The translations under genes were made by a program, and so were the position numbers. Below are positions 38,069-46,320 of a stretch of 47,976 bases of DNA, in pieces. The notes beneath the pieces were generated by a model that saw nothing but the letters and a program-made list of their open reading frames with translations, searched no databases and had not been told where the DNA came from. The stretch lies in IMG/VR virus record IMGVR_UViG_3300037471_000830. One strand, given 5' to 3'. The stretch comes from a virus (lineage: Duplodnaviria > Heunggongvirae > Uroviricota > Caudoviricetes). Within the stretch, counting starts at the first letter, position 1; each line of letters opens with the position of its first letter.

Positions 38069-38236
38069 ATGTTTTGGTTTGACGTGTGGATGGCGAGCTT
38101 CGTGGCCCTTACAGGCAAGAACCTGAAAACGCACCGCGAATGGCTGTCCCAAGTGGACGAGCAGTGGCTTGGTGTGACGAAGGCTAGACCATGTGGTTTC
38201 GCTGTACGCGAAGCCTCATCGAGCAACGCCGGCTGA
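38069..38236 (+). CDS. Small hypothetical protein
   Basis: 55-aa ORF filling the gap; lower GC. Start is uncertain. Confidence 0.4.
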   Translation: MFWFDVWMASFVALTGKNLKTHREWLSQVDEQWLGVTKARPCGFAVREASSSNAG

Positions 38237-38291
38237 CTTAGCAAGAGTTTTTGCTAAGGAAGATTACGCAACATTATCTGGAGTAGAGGAC

Positions 38292-38699
38292 ATGACAAAC
38301 ATCACCACGTTGGCAGCACAAGACGTGCTGGCCGAGCGGCAACGACAGGTCAATGCCGAGGGTTACGAGCCTGAGCACGACGACGAGCACGTCAACGGCG
38401 AGATTGGCGCCATGGCCGCCTTCTATGCCATGCCGGACGGTGCCAGGGACTGGCCGGCGACAGAAACCGGGTACGGCGAAACCTTCGGTGAAGCCATCAA
38501 GCCGGAAGGCTGGGAAGGCAAGACCGGCGACCGCCGCCGCGAACTTGTCAAAGCGGGCGCGCTGATCCTGGCTGAGATTGAGCGACTGGACCGTGCCGCC
38601 ACCAGCGACCCCAATCGTCCGGTGTGCGCGAGCACCTGCATGGATGCCAAGTTTCACGACAAGCCCTGCGCGTGCTACCCGTTCCGCACGGCTCCGTAA
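38292..38699 (+). CDS. Conserved phage accessory helical protein
   Basis: AAQDVLAERQRQ...EHDD...RRRELVKAGALILAEIERLDR is a widespread phage motif. SD GAGGA. Confidence 0.75.
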   Translation: MTNITTLAAQDVLAERQRQVNAEGYEPEHDDEHVNGEIGAMAAFYAMPDGARDWPATETGYGETFGEAIKPEGWEGKTGDRRRELVKAGALILAEIERLDRAATSDPNRPVCASTCMDAKFHDKPCACYPFRTAP

Positions 38700-38738
38700 A
38701 GCGCCATCAGATAAGCCCACTTATCTGCATTAGGAGGG

Positions 38739-39170
38739 ATGAACATGACCCCAAAAGAGCTTCACCAACAGGCCATGAAGAACGTGGCAGAGAGCTTCGG
38801 CTACCAAATCGAGCACCTGAAGCCCGACAGCGACTTCGTGGCCCGAGAGTTCATGTGGCTGGCCCTGGCTGGCGTCACGGCGGCACAGCCCTGGGCGGTG
38901 GACGAACCCCGTCTCGGGCAACTCTGGCATGAGATGGGCGAGCCGCTGGAGTGGCCGCAGTTCCTGGCGCTCGCGCAGCACCTGGCCGGCGCAACGGCAG
39001 CGCAGCCGCAATCACGCTGGCCGATAAAGCCGCTGGACCTCGTGCAAGTCGTCATGCCCGACGGCACGCACGCCATGCTCAAACCGTGCTTTGCCTACTT
39101 TGACGCTCATGCCATGCAGGAGCTGGAAAACAGCCTCAAGACCGCGCGACAGAAAGGCGGTGCATCGTGA
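38739..39170 (+). CDS. Hypothetical protein
   Basis: SD GGAGG; coding-like codon usage. Confidence 0.65.
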   Translation: MNMTPKELHQQAMKNVAESFGYQIEHLKPDSDFVAREFMWLALAGVTAAQPWAVDEPRLGQLWHEMGEPLEWPQFLALAQHLAGATAAQPQSRWPIKPLDLVQVVMPDGTHAMLKPCFAYFDAHAMQELENSLKTARQKGGAS

Positions 39171-39508
39171 GCGACAAGCCAGTTCGAGAGTTCCCGGCAG
39201 GCTGCTTCATCGGCGGCATCCATCAGCGCCGGGGCAACACCTACGCGCGCCTGCACTGTCCCGATGGCGAGCTGCTGGTTGCGGCCACGCTGGGCTACAT
39301 CAGCCGTCAGATGGAGACCGGTCATGTGGAGTCGGCCGTGCCGGCGCCTGCTCAGATGTCCGACATGGGCGCGGTGGTCCAGGAGTGTCTGAGGCTGCTT
39401 CAGACGCCCTGCACGACGATCGCCGACACGGTTGCGTGGACACGGTGGTCCGAACAGCTTCAGGCCCGCCTGCGCGCGTTCCTGACCCTCAATGGAGTGC
39501 CGGCGTGA
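39167..39508 (+). CDS. Hypothetical protein
   Basis: GTGA overlap with the upstream gene. Confidence 0.6.
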   Translation: MSDKPVREFPAGCFIGGIHQRRGNTYARLHCPDGELLVAATLGYISRQMETGHVESAVPAPAQMSDMGAVVQECLRLLQTPCTTIADTVAWTRWSEQLQARLRAFLTLNGVPA

Positions 39509-39870
39509 AGTTCTTCAACCTCTTTGGCCGCAACGGCGGCTCCGCGAGCGTGACGGTCAACGGTCGCACCTTTCGGGGCAGGAACGTGTCCATTGACGGC
39601 GCCGGCCAAGTGGTCGTGGATGGCGTCGTGCAGCAGACCCTGACCGGCAACATCCAGATCACGGTCAACGGCCCGTGCGACAGGGTGGAGACAGGCTCTG
39701 GCGACGTGACCGTTCACGGGGCGGTCGGCACCGTCCAGACAGGTTCTGGCGATGTGACATGCGGAGATGTTGGCGGCAGTGTGCGCACCAGCTCTGGTGA
39801 CGTGACCTGCGGTGCCATTACCGGCGACGCGCACACCGTCTCAGGTGACATCCACTGCTGCAACCGCTGA
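39505..39870 (+). CDS. Small beta-solenoid protein (DUF4097-like GSGDV repeats)
   Basis: GTG start with SD GGAG. Repeats TGSGDV, TGSGDV, TSSGDV, TVSGDI. Confidence 0.7.
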   Translation: MKFFNLFGRNGGSASVTVNGRTFRGRNVSIDGAGQVVVDGVVQQTLTGNIQITVNGPCDRVETGSGDVTVHGAVGTVQTGSGDVTCGDVGGSVRTSSGDVTCGAITGDAHTVSGDIHCCNR

Positions 39871-39885
39871 GCGCGTACACATCTC

Positions 39886-39921
39886 AAGCAAGGCGGCCCC
39901 ATGTGGGCCGCCTTTGCTTTT
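39886..39921 (+). terminator. Rho-independent terminator
   Basis: AAGCAAGGCGGCCC / GGGCCGCCTTTGCTT stem followed by T residues. Confidence 0.8.
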
Positions 39922-39928
39922 GGAGGCC

Positions 39929-40194
39929 CGCTACCGCTGAACTGGTAGCAAAACTGGTAGCAGGCTGCTAAGTTCTTGATCTGTAAGGCGTTTGACTGCG
40001 ATGCGATCGCTCAAACGTAACGCCAGTTGCAAGATAATTCCTTCGCAAATTCCAATGAAATCAATAGGTTACGTGAAATGCGCAACGTGAATTGTTAGTC
40101 CGCAGGGGCCAAAACTGGCATCATTTGGGCAGCCTGCTACCAGCTTTTGGTAGCAGTGCTACCAGTGCATCCAAGCCGCTACCAAGCATCCAAT
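39929..40194. mobile_element. Putative intact attP site
   Basis: Arm-type repeats ACTGGTAGCA at 39941 and 39953; inverted or direct copies at 40135, 40148, 40157 and 40178. IHF-consensus sites at 40059-40071 (AATCAA-TAGG-TTA) and 39969-39981 (minus strand, 1 mismatch). Directly upstream of the integrase. Confidence 0.75.
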
Positions 40195-40198
40195 CCCG

Positions 40199-41380
40199 AT
40201 GGCAGTCAGTGTTCAAAAGCGTGGCGAGAGCAAGTTTCAGCTCCGCGTCACGGACAAGCTCCTACCAAAACCATTCATCCACACCTTCGAGGATGAGTCC
40301 AGCGCGCGCAACTACGGCGAGCAGCTTCGCACGCTTCTCAAGCGTGGCGTGGTGCCTCGCGAGCTGCTGGAGGGTCCGACTGAGACCAAGGACGACCTTC
40401 TGTTCGATCAGGTCATTCGTGGGTATTTGGCGAATAACGCTATTGCTAGGACGACCGAAGACACCGTGGCGGTGATTCGCACCGAGGTGGCGGGCGTGCG
40501 TCTGTCGCAGATTACCTACGAGTGGGTGGAAGGCTATGTGGCGGGCTTGAAGCAGCGAAAGCACAAGAACCTCACGCCAGGCTCCATTCGCAAGCGCGTC
40601 GGCGTGCTGGCGACGATCATGAACTGGCACATCGCGCGCTCCACGTCCAAAGGCCAAGCGCCCATGGCAAATGTCTTCAAGCTGCTGCCAACTGGCTACA
40701 GCCTCTATAGCCGTACCGACGCGCAGCTTCTACAAGCGCGCGGTCAGAAGCCGAAGCGCGACACCCAACGGGACAAGCGCCTGCATCCAGGCGACGAGGA
40801 AAAAATCCTGAGCGTGTTCGAGAAGGCGAACGGTCAGTTCCAGCATGGCCTTCAGCGCCAGGTGTACTTAGACCCGGCGTTCAGGCTGCTTTACCTGACG
40901 GTCGTGGACACCGGAATGCGGCTGTTAGAGGCATACAGGTTGCGGATCGAGGCCCTGGACTTTGACAAGCGACTGATTCGCGTCGAAGGCTCCAAAGGCT
41001 GGCACGGCAACATCAAGCCACGGACGGTGCCGATGAAGCGACGCATCCATGACGAGCTCAAGGCGTTTTGCGCAGGGAGGACGGAGGGGTTCGTGTTTCC
41101 CTATTGGGATGGAAGCGAGGAGTCAAGGCACAACCTCACAGCAAAGCTGTCCGCGCGCTTCACCAGTCTGTTTCACTACGCTGGACTGCCGGACCTGCGG
41201 GAGCATGATCTGCGGCATGAGGCGACCTGCCGTTGGCTTGAACTTCGCGATCCTCGTGGCGGCTGGCTTTTCAGCGACGTGGAAATTTGCCGCATCATGG
41301 GTTGGACGAATACCAGGATGATGCTGCGATATGCCTCGTTGCGAGGCGAAGACCTGGCCGACAGGCTCAAGCAGATTTGA
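40199..41380 (+). CDS. int: Tyrosine recombinase / integrase
   Basis: TGMRLLE (R), HDLRHE (HxxR), IMGW and MLRY (catalytic Tyr). Confidence 0.95.
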   Translation: MAVSVQKRGESKFQLRVTDKLLPKPFIHTFEDESSARNYGEQLRTLLKRGVVPRELLEGPTETKDDLLFDQVIRGYLANNAIARTTEDTVAVIRTEVAGVRLSQITYEWVEGYVAGLKQRKHKNLTPGSIRKRVGVLATIMNWHIARSTSKGQAPMANVFKLLPTGYSLYSRTDAQLLQARGQKPKRDTQRDKRLHPGDEEKILSVFEKANGQFQHGLQRQVYLDPAFRLLYLTVVDTGMRLLEAYRLRIEALDFDKRLIRVEGSKGWHGNIKPRTVPMKRRIHDELKAFCAGRTEGFVFPYWDGSEESRHNLTAKLSARFTSLFHYAGLPDLREHDLRHEATCRWLELRDPRGGWLFSDVEICRIMGWTNTRMMLRYASLRGEDLADRLKQI

Positions 41381-41642
41381 GGTCCGGCAGGACGGGCAGG
41401 GCGCGCTTATTGGCCCTGCCAGGCACCGGATTGATTACGGCAGCGGGTTTGGCCGGCTGACGCCGTTTTTGGCTTTCTTCCAGCGCCAGCTCGTTCAGGC
41501 GTTTCGCCAGCGCCTCGGTCGGGAACACCCACCCGCCATCGCCGAAGTGCAAACCGGGCAGGTCGCCAGATTTGGCGCGCTCGATCACCGTGTACGCGGA
41601 GCAGCGCAGCAGCGCCGCCACATTCTCCGTATCCAGAACCAT
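41367..41642 (-). CDS. Excisionase-like HTH protein
   Basis: LDTENVAALLRCSAYTVIERAKSGDLPGLHFGDGGWVF, an HTH_17/Xis pattern. Convergent with and overlapping int; ATG at 41642. Confidence 0.75.
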   Translation of the reverse strand: MVLDTENVAALLRCSAYTVIERAKSGDLPGLHFGDGGWVFPTEALAKRLNELALEESQKRRQPAKPAAVINPVPGRANKRALPVLPDLKSA

Positions 41643-41687
41643 CCCAGCCACCCGGGCACCTGCCCGCAATCAATTGCAATGGCGCGG

Positions 41688-41716
41688 ACTGTATCAGTCA
41701 GCACTGACTATTGCAA
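41688..41716 (-). promoter_or_regulatory. xis promoter TTGCAA-N17-TACAGT with a perfect motif (41696-41709) in the spacer
   Basis: Minus strand reads TTGCAA TAGTCAGTGCTGACTGA TACAGT. Confidence 0.8.
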
Positions 41717-41928
41717 CGGCCTGGGCGTGAACTTCACACAAGGATCGGCGTCTAGCACATGCGCTATTAGGTCGTCATGGCAACAACCTGTAGCGGAAGT
41801 CAGATTCGGCAGCATTTCGCCTAAAGCGTGAATACAGCACGCGCCTTTTTGGAGCGCGCCCGCACAATACCACTGGCAATGCTGACAGTCCTGTCAGAGA
41901 CAGCCTGATGCGGCTCTGTCAGGGCAAC

Positions 41929-41958
41929 AAAAAAGGCGCCTTCAGGCGCCTTTCTTTT
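41929..41958. terminator. Bidirectional intrinsic terminator
   Basis: AAAAAA-GGCGCC-TTCA-GGCGCC-TTTCTTTT. Confidence 0.85.
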
Positions 41959-41980
41959 CAGTCAAAAAGTCAGCGAGCCG

Positions 41981-42388
41981 TCACAGGCTCTTGAAAAATT
42001 CCATGATCTTCTCTTTATTGTTTTCTGTCACTTTGAAGTCCTCGCCTGGACGAGCCTCTCGTATGACTTCCAGCAATTCATATTGGTTGTTGGAAACTGC
42101 CGGACGGCCGACAAGAGATTTGATGACTGTCCAAGTTTCAGGATCATATTCGCGCATTGCCATGTCGAGCAGGAAAACCGGATCGACTTCCAATGCTTTA
42201 GCCATCTTAGGAATTCGCGCAATTGGCAACTTGGTCTTGCCAGAACGAATCATCGAAAGAATATTAGGCTTAGGAAAGCCGACTTCTTCAGCTATCTGAA
42301 CGGCAGTCTTGTCAACCCAATCTATTTGATTATCAATATATGCAGCTATCGTTTTGGCTTCTGTTGATCTTTGCTTTCGTTCTTTCAT
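41981..42388 (-). CDS. XRE-family HTH regulator, candidate immunity repressor
   Basis: QIAEEVGFPKPNILSMIRSGKTKLPIARIPKMAKALEVDP. AT-rich, divergent from the early genes, next to int/xis. Confidence 0.8.
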   Translation of the reverse strand: MKERKQRSTEAKTIAAYIDNQIDWVDKTAVQIAEEVGFPKPNILSMIRSGKTKLPIARIPKMAKALEVDPVFLLDMAMREYDPETWTVIKSLVGRPAVSNNQYELLEVIREARPGEDFKVTENNKEKIMEFFKSL

Positions 42389-42630
42389 TTGTTTCTCCTG
42401 TTGTCGTGTCGCGCCTCACTTGAGACTAAGAGTTGTGGCGGTACGTCTTCATCGAAGTCCGCGCAGTTGTTCTCGACCAAAGTATAGAGCAGGAACACAC
42501 TTTCTATAGCTAAGTAGTGACGTACAAAAGTGGCGTTACTCGCCAAAAGTTCACTACCTTGATCACTAACAGGTGAACTAGAATCACCACATTGCTGCTT
42601 GTTGCAGCGTCACGCAGTTGGAGAAGTTGA

Positions 42631-42801
42631 GTGCAATTCGAACAGATCACCGAGGACCAGTACATCGAGCTGATGGAGGCTTCCTGCAGTGTTGAGCATC
42701 TGGACCTTGGAACGACCGTGATGTCCAAAATTCTTTGTGATGACAGGGAGATAGTCGTTGTCTCCAACGCCAGCGGGAAGTATGCCAAGGTCTTCCACTG
42801 A
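42631..42801 (+). CDS. 56-aa protein divergent from the repressor
   Basis: SD GGAGA, GTG start, (M)QFEQITEDQYIELMEASCSVEHLDLGTTVMSKILCDDREIVVVSNASGKYAKVFH. Followed by its own terminator. Missed by the ORF track. Confidence 0.65.
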   Translation: MQFEQITEDQYIELMEASCSVEHLDLGTTVMSKILCDDREIVVVSNASGKYAKVFH

Positions 42802-42819
42802 GCGCGATCCACTTCAAGC

Positions 42820-42846
42820 AAGCGAGCTTGAAGCTCGCTTTCTTTT
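42820..42846 (+). terminator. Rho-independent terminator
   Basis: AAGCGAGCTT-G-AAGCTCGCTT followed by TCTTTT. Confidence 0.8.
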
Positions 42847-42870
42847 CCTTAGGCGAGTTAACAGAAGTGC

Positions 42871-42928
42871 TTGCTGCGCCTGAGACCTGCTTTTACATTA
42901 ACACTTGTCGATTCAGTCATCACTGAGC
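42871..42928 (+). promoter_or_regulatory. Promoter TTGCTG-N17-TACATT plus motif copy (AGTCA-TCAC-TGAGC, 42915-42928)
   Basis: Upstream of the CobT-like gene; the motif abuts SD GGAGA. Confidence 0.7.
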
Positions 42929-42940
42929 AATGGAGAAAGC

Positions 42941-45004
42941 ATGAAAAGTGATCGTGTCTTTGTGTTTCGTCAGTCAGTAGGTAAGTTGGTGGAGATGCTC
43001 ACGGACAAGAAGATCACCGTGACACAACGCGGAACGGATGCCTATGTTCAAGCCGATCCAAAGACCGGCTGCCCCAATCTCGTCAACATTCCGCATGTCC
43101 CTGACGAGGCGCCGGATGATCTGCTGGAAGCGATCAACGGCTTCCTCGACCACGAAGTCGCCCACGTCCTGTTTACCGAGTTCAACGTGGTCAAGAAGGC
43201 GCGCACGCCTCAGATCGCCGGGATGCTGAACATCCTCGAAGACATTCGCATTGAGAAGGCGATGTCCGAACGCTTTCGAGGCAGCGCCTACAACATTGGT
43301 ACGCTGGGCAAGTTCTTTCTGGAGCGCATGACGGCTCCGATGCTGAAGGAAGCTCTGCGAAAGGGTGACAAGGACCAGATCACCAGCGTCCTTATCCCGC
43401 CGATGCTGCGCGCCCTGGGCGGCCAGCGCGTGTTCGAGGAGTTCATGACGCCGGACATGATTGCGCATGTGGCTCCGTTCTACGCCAAGGTCAAAGACTT
43501 GGCCGCCGAAATCAAGGCGCTCGACAGCACGGAAGCCGCGCTGGTCCTCGCTGAAAAGATCGACGGCCGGATGCGCGTCCACAGCAGCGCGCCGCGCGAT
43601 ACCCGGTTCGGCAAGGAGGGCGCCAAGAGCGAGTCCGAGGGCGGCAAGGCCGGCAAGGACAAGACTCGCAAGCCCCCGAAGGAGAAGAAAAAGAGCGAGA
43701 AGGACACGTCCAAGGTCATGGACGAGAAGGCGGAGGAGCTGGAGGCCGAGAAGCCCGAAGACCTGGAGTCGGCACGCCGCGAAAAGCCCGAGGCCGCCGA
43801 TGAGCGCGTCGAGGACGAGGAAGCCGACGAAGGCGAGGAGCTGGAGGAAGCCGAACGCGAGTCCGAGAGCGCCAGCGAGGAAGAAGCCACCGACTTCTCC
43901 GAGAAGGCCGAGCACAAGATTCCCGAGGCGAGCGAGGAGCCCGAGCGTGACTTCTCCGACCCGGAGGAGGGCGGCGAGGGCTCCACGACCGAGGAAGATG
44001 ATTTCGGTGAGGAGGAAGAAGGCGGGATGAGCGGCGAGGAGTTCGACCGCGCCATGAGTGGCGTGTCCGACTTCGACTCGTCCGTGGGTCGCTCCATCAG
44101 CGACACCGCCTCGAAGGTCAGCGAGAAGGCGGACTACCTTGTTTACACGACGGACCTGGACACGATCGAAATCCTGCCGGTGCCCGAGAGCCTGGCCTCC
44201 GATGCTGTGGGCCGACTGGAAGACGAAGTGAACCACTTGGTCGCGCCGATGCAGAAAGACCTGGAGCGCATCATCGCGGCGCGCTCGCTGGCAACGTGGT
44301 CCAGCGGCCACCGCAGCGGCAAGCTCCATGCAGCCAACCTGTCTCGCGTGCTCATGAACGACCCGCGCGTGTTCCGCCGACGCCACGAGACCACCACGAA
44401 GGACTCGGCGGTGGAGCTGGTGATCGACGCTTCCGGCTCCATGAGCGGGGAGAAGATCATCGTCGCCACCCAGGCTGCGTTCGCGCTGTCGCAGGTGCTG
44501 GAGCGCATCGGCATCAAGCACGAAGTCATCGCCTTCACCACGCACCACAATACACGGACGCTGCCCTCCGAAGCGCACGACCTGGACAAGTACGTGCGCT
44601 ACGAGCCGCTTTACATGCCCATCCTCAAAGGCTACGACGAGCGCCTGAACACGGAGGTCAAGCGTCGATTCGCCGCGCTGCCCCGCCATGTCCGGCTTGC
44701 CAACAACGTCGATGGCGAGTGTGTGGAAATCGCCGCGCGCCGCCTGATGACGCGCAAGGAGAAGGGCAAAACCATGATCGTCCTGTCTGACGGATTCCCG
44801 CAGGCCCGTGCCGATTGCCGCAAGCTGGCGAGCCACCTGAAGCAAGTGGTGAATCAGGTCGAGGCGTCGGGCGTGCGCGTGGTGGGCCTGGGCATCCAGT
44901 CTGAAGCGGTGGAGAAGTTCTACAAGCGCCGCGTGGTCCTCAATGACCTCAAGGAGCTGCCGACCACGGTCATGAAGGAGCTCAAGACTGCGCTTGCGCA
45001 GTGA
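42941..45004 (+). CDS. CobT-like protein: HExxH N-domain, acidic linker, vWA domain
   Basis: DHEVAH, Glu/Asp-rich linker, MIDAS motif DASGSM, NVDGE, LSDG. ATG at 42941. Confidence 0.85.
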   Translation: MKSDRVFVFRQSVGKLVEMLTDKKITVTQRGTDAYVQADPKTGCPNLVNIPHVPDEAPDDLLEAINGFLDHEVAHVLFTEFNVVKKARTPQIAGMLNILEDIRIEKAMSERFRGSAYNIGTLGKFFLERMTAPMLKEALRKGDKDQITSVLIPPMLRALGGQRVFEEFMTPDMIAHVAPFYAKVKDLAAEIKALDSTEAALVLAEKIDGRMRVHSSAPRDTRFGKEGAKSESEGGKAGKDKTRKPPKEKKKSEKDTSKVMDEKAEELEAEKPEDLESARREKPEAADERVEDEEADEGEELEEAERESESASEEEATDFSEKAEHKIPEASEEPERDFSDPEEGGEGSTTEEDDFGEEEEGGMSGEEFDRAMSGVSDFDSSVGRSISDTASKVSEKADYLVYTTDLDTIEILPVPESLASDAVGRLEDEVNHLVAPMQKDLERIIAARSLATWSSGHRSGKLHAANLSRVLMNDPRVFRRRHETTTKDSAVELVIDASGSMSGEKIIVATQAAFALSQVLERIGIKHEVIAFTTHHNTRTLPSEAHDLDKYVRYEPLYMPILKGYDERLNTEVKRRFAALPRHVRLANNVDGECVEIAARRLMTRKEKGKTMIVLSDGFPQARADCRKLASHLKQVVNQVEASGVRVVGLGIQSEAVEKFYKRRVVLNDLKELPTTVMKELKTALAQ

Positions 45005-45022
45005 CAGGCGACCCGTCAGAAT

Positions 45023-45038
45023 AAGTCACAAGTGACTT
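45023..45038. promoter_or_regulatory. Perfect motif copy AAGTCA-CAAG-TGACTT
   Basis: In the CobT-CobS intergenic region. Confidence 0.85.
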
Positions 45039-45104
45039 GTGCATCCTGACGATCATCGTCACAATTCATTTTGTCGGGGGAGCAATGGTTGCTCCCTCAG
45101 ATTC

Positions 45105-45118
45105 AGTCAGTATTGACA
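45105..45118. promoter_or_regulatory. Motif copy (AGTCA-GTAT-TGACA)
   Basis: Directly upstream of SD AGGAG of the CobS-like gene. Confidence 0.8.
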
Positions 45119-45133
45119 CAGGAGAAAGATTCC

Positions 45134-46318
45134 ATGAGCAAGATCAAGTGCGAAATCTGCGGTGCTGAAGTCCACGCCATCCAGCGTCACCTGGAGACCG
45201 ACCACCCGGACGTGTCGCTTGACGCCTACAAGACTCGCTTCCCGGCCGCTCCGCTGCTGTCCGAGTTGATGAAGGCGAAGCTCGCCGAGCGCAAGGCCCA
45301 AGCCGCCACGCCCACCGCTTCCACCCCCGCCGCCACGCCCACCGTGAACCTGACCGCAACCGCCGAGGGCGCCACCGCGCCGACCGATGTGCTGACCAAG
45401 AAGCCGCTCCACGAGACCTTTGCCCTGGGCGCCGTGAAGGCGGCACTGAGCGCCAAGGGCGGCCCGATTCCGATCACGACCTTCGTGAACCCCTCCAATC
45501 CCGAACTGGTGCCGAAGGTCTCGGACGGCTACGTGTACGACGTGGACGAGCTCAAGAACGTGATCCTCGCGCTGGAGCTCAACATCCCCACCTACGTTTG
45601 GGGCCACAAGGGCGCGGGCAAGACGGAGCTTTTCGAGCAAGTTTGCGCCCGCACCGGACGCGCCCTGTGGCGCAACCAGCACACCGTCAACACCGAGGAG
45701 TCGCACATCGTCGGACAGTGGGTGGTGCGCGCCGGCGAGACCCGCTTCGAGCTTGGCCCCCTGGCGATGTGCATGAAGCATGGCTGGGTCTACATGGCCG
45801 ACGAGTACGACTTCGCGCTGCCGAGCGTGCTGGCCGTGTACCAGGCCGTCCTCGAAGGCAAGCCGCTGGTCATCAAGGAGGCTGATGCCGAGAACCGCAT
45901 CATCCGGCCGCATCCGAACTTCCGCTTCGTCGCCACGGGCAACACCAACGGCGCCGGCGATGAGACTGGCTTGTACCAGGGCACCAGCATCCAAAACAGT
46001 GCGAACTACGACCGCTTCGGCATGGTGATCCACAAGCAGTACATGGCGAAGGCCGCCGAGTCGCTGATCCTTCAGAACCGCGTCGGTCTGGTGAAGGAGG
46101 ACGCCGACAAGCTCGTTGACTTCGCCAACAAGGTGCGCGAGGCATACGGCGCCTCCAAGATCAGCGACACGATCTCTCCGCGTACCCTGATCTACGCGGC
46201 GCAGATCGGCGTCAAGCGCGGCTCCTTCCGCCAGGGTCTCACGCTCTCCTTCATCAACAAGCTGTCCACGGTGGATCGCGAAGTGGTGGACGGCGTGGCT
46301 TCGCGCGTCTTCGGATAA
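45134..46318 (+). CDS. CobS-like MoxR-family AAA+ ATPase with N-terminal C2H2 Zn finger
   Basis: CEICG...HLETDH, Walker A GHKGAGKT, Walker B MADEYD, HPNFRFVATGN, DRF. Confidence 0.88.
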   Translation: MSKIKCEICGAEVHAIQRHLETDHPDVSLDAYKTRFPAAPLLSELMKAKLAERKAQAATPTASTPAATPTVNLTATAEGATAPTDVLTKKPLHETFALGAVKAALSAKGGPIPITTFVNPSNPELVPKVSDGYVYDVDELKNVILALELNIPTYVWGHKGAGKTELFEQVCARTGRALWRNQHTVNTEESHIVGQWVVRAGETRFELGPLAMCMKHGWVYMADEYDFALPSVLAVYQAVLEGKPLVIKEADAENRIIRPHPNFRFVATGNTNGAGDETGLYQGTSIQNSANYDRFGMVIHKQYMAKAAESLILQNRVGLVKEDADKLVDFANKVREAYGASKISDTISPRTLIYAAQIGVKRGSFRQGLTLSFINKLSTVDREVVDGVASRVFG

Positions 46319-46320
46319 TC

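Noticed and set aside
40095-40112. GTCCGCAGGGGCCA as a tRNA or tmRNA 3'-end attachment core
   Set aside because: No T-loop (GTTCGA) or acceptor-stem match. The target could not be identified without a search.
39929-40194. Short repeats as a CRISPR array or replication iterons
   Set aside because: They are 8-10 bp, in mixed orientation, without regular spacers, and adjacent to an integrase and IHF sites, which fits arm-type sites better.
41883-45061. Everted TGAC...GTCA repeats (2603, 41883, 45047) as a second motif family
   Set aside because: Spacing differs in each case (11, 6 and 7 nt), so they are treated as local hairpins.
42941-46318. Cobalamin biosynthesis (cobaltochelatase) function
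   Set aside because: No cobN or other cob genes are present; the MoxR/vWA chaperone interpretation fits better.
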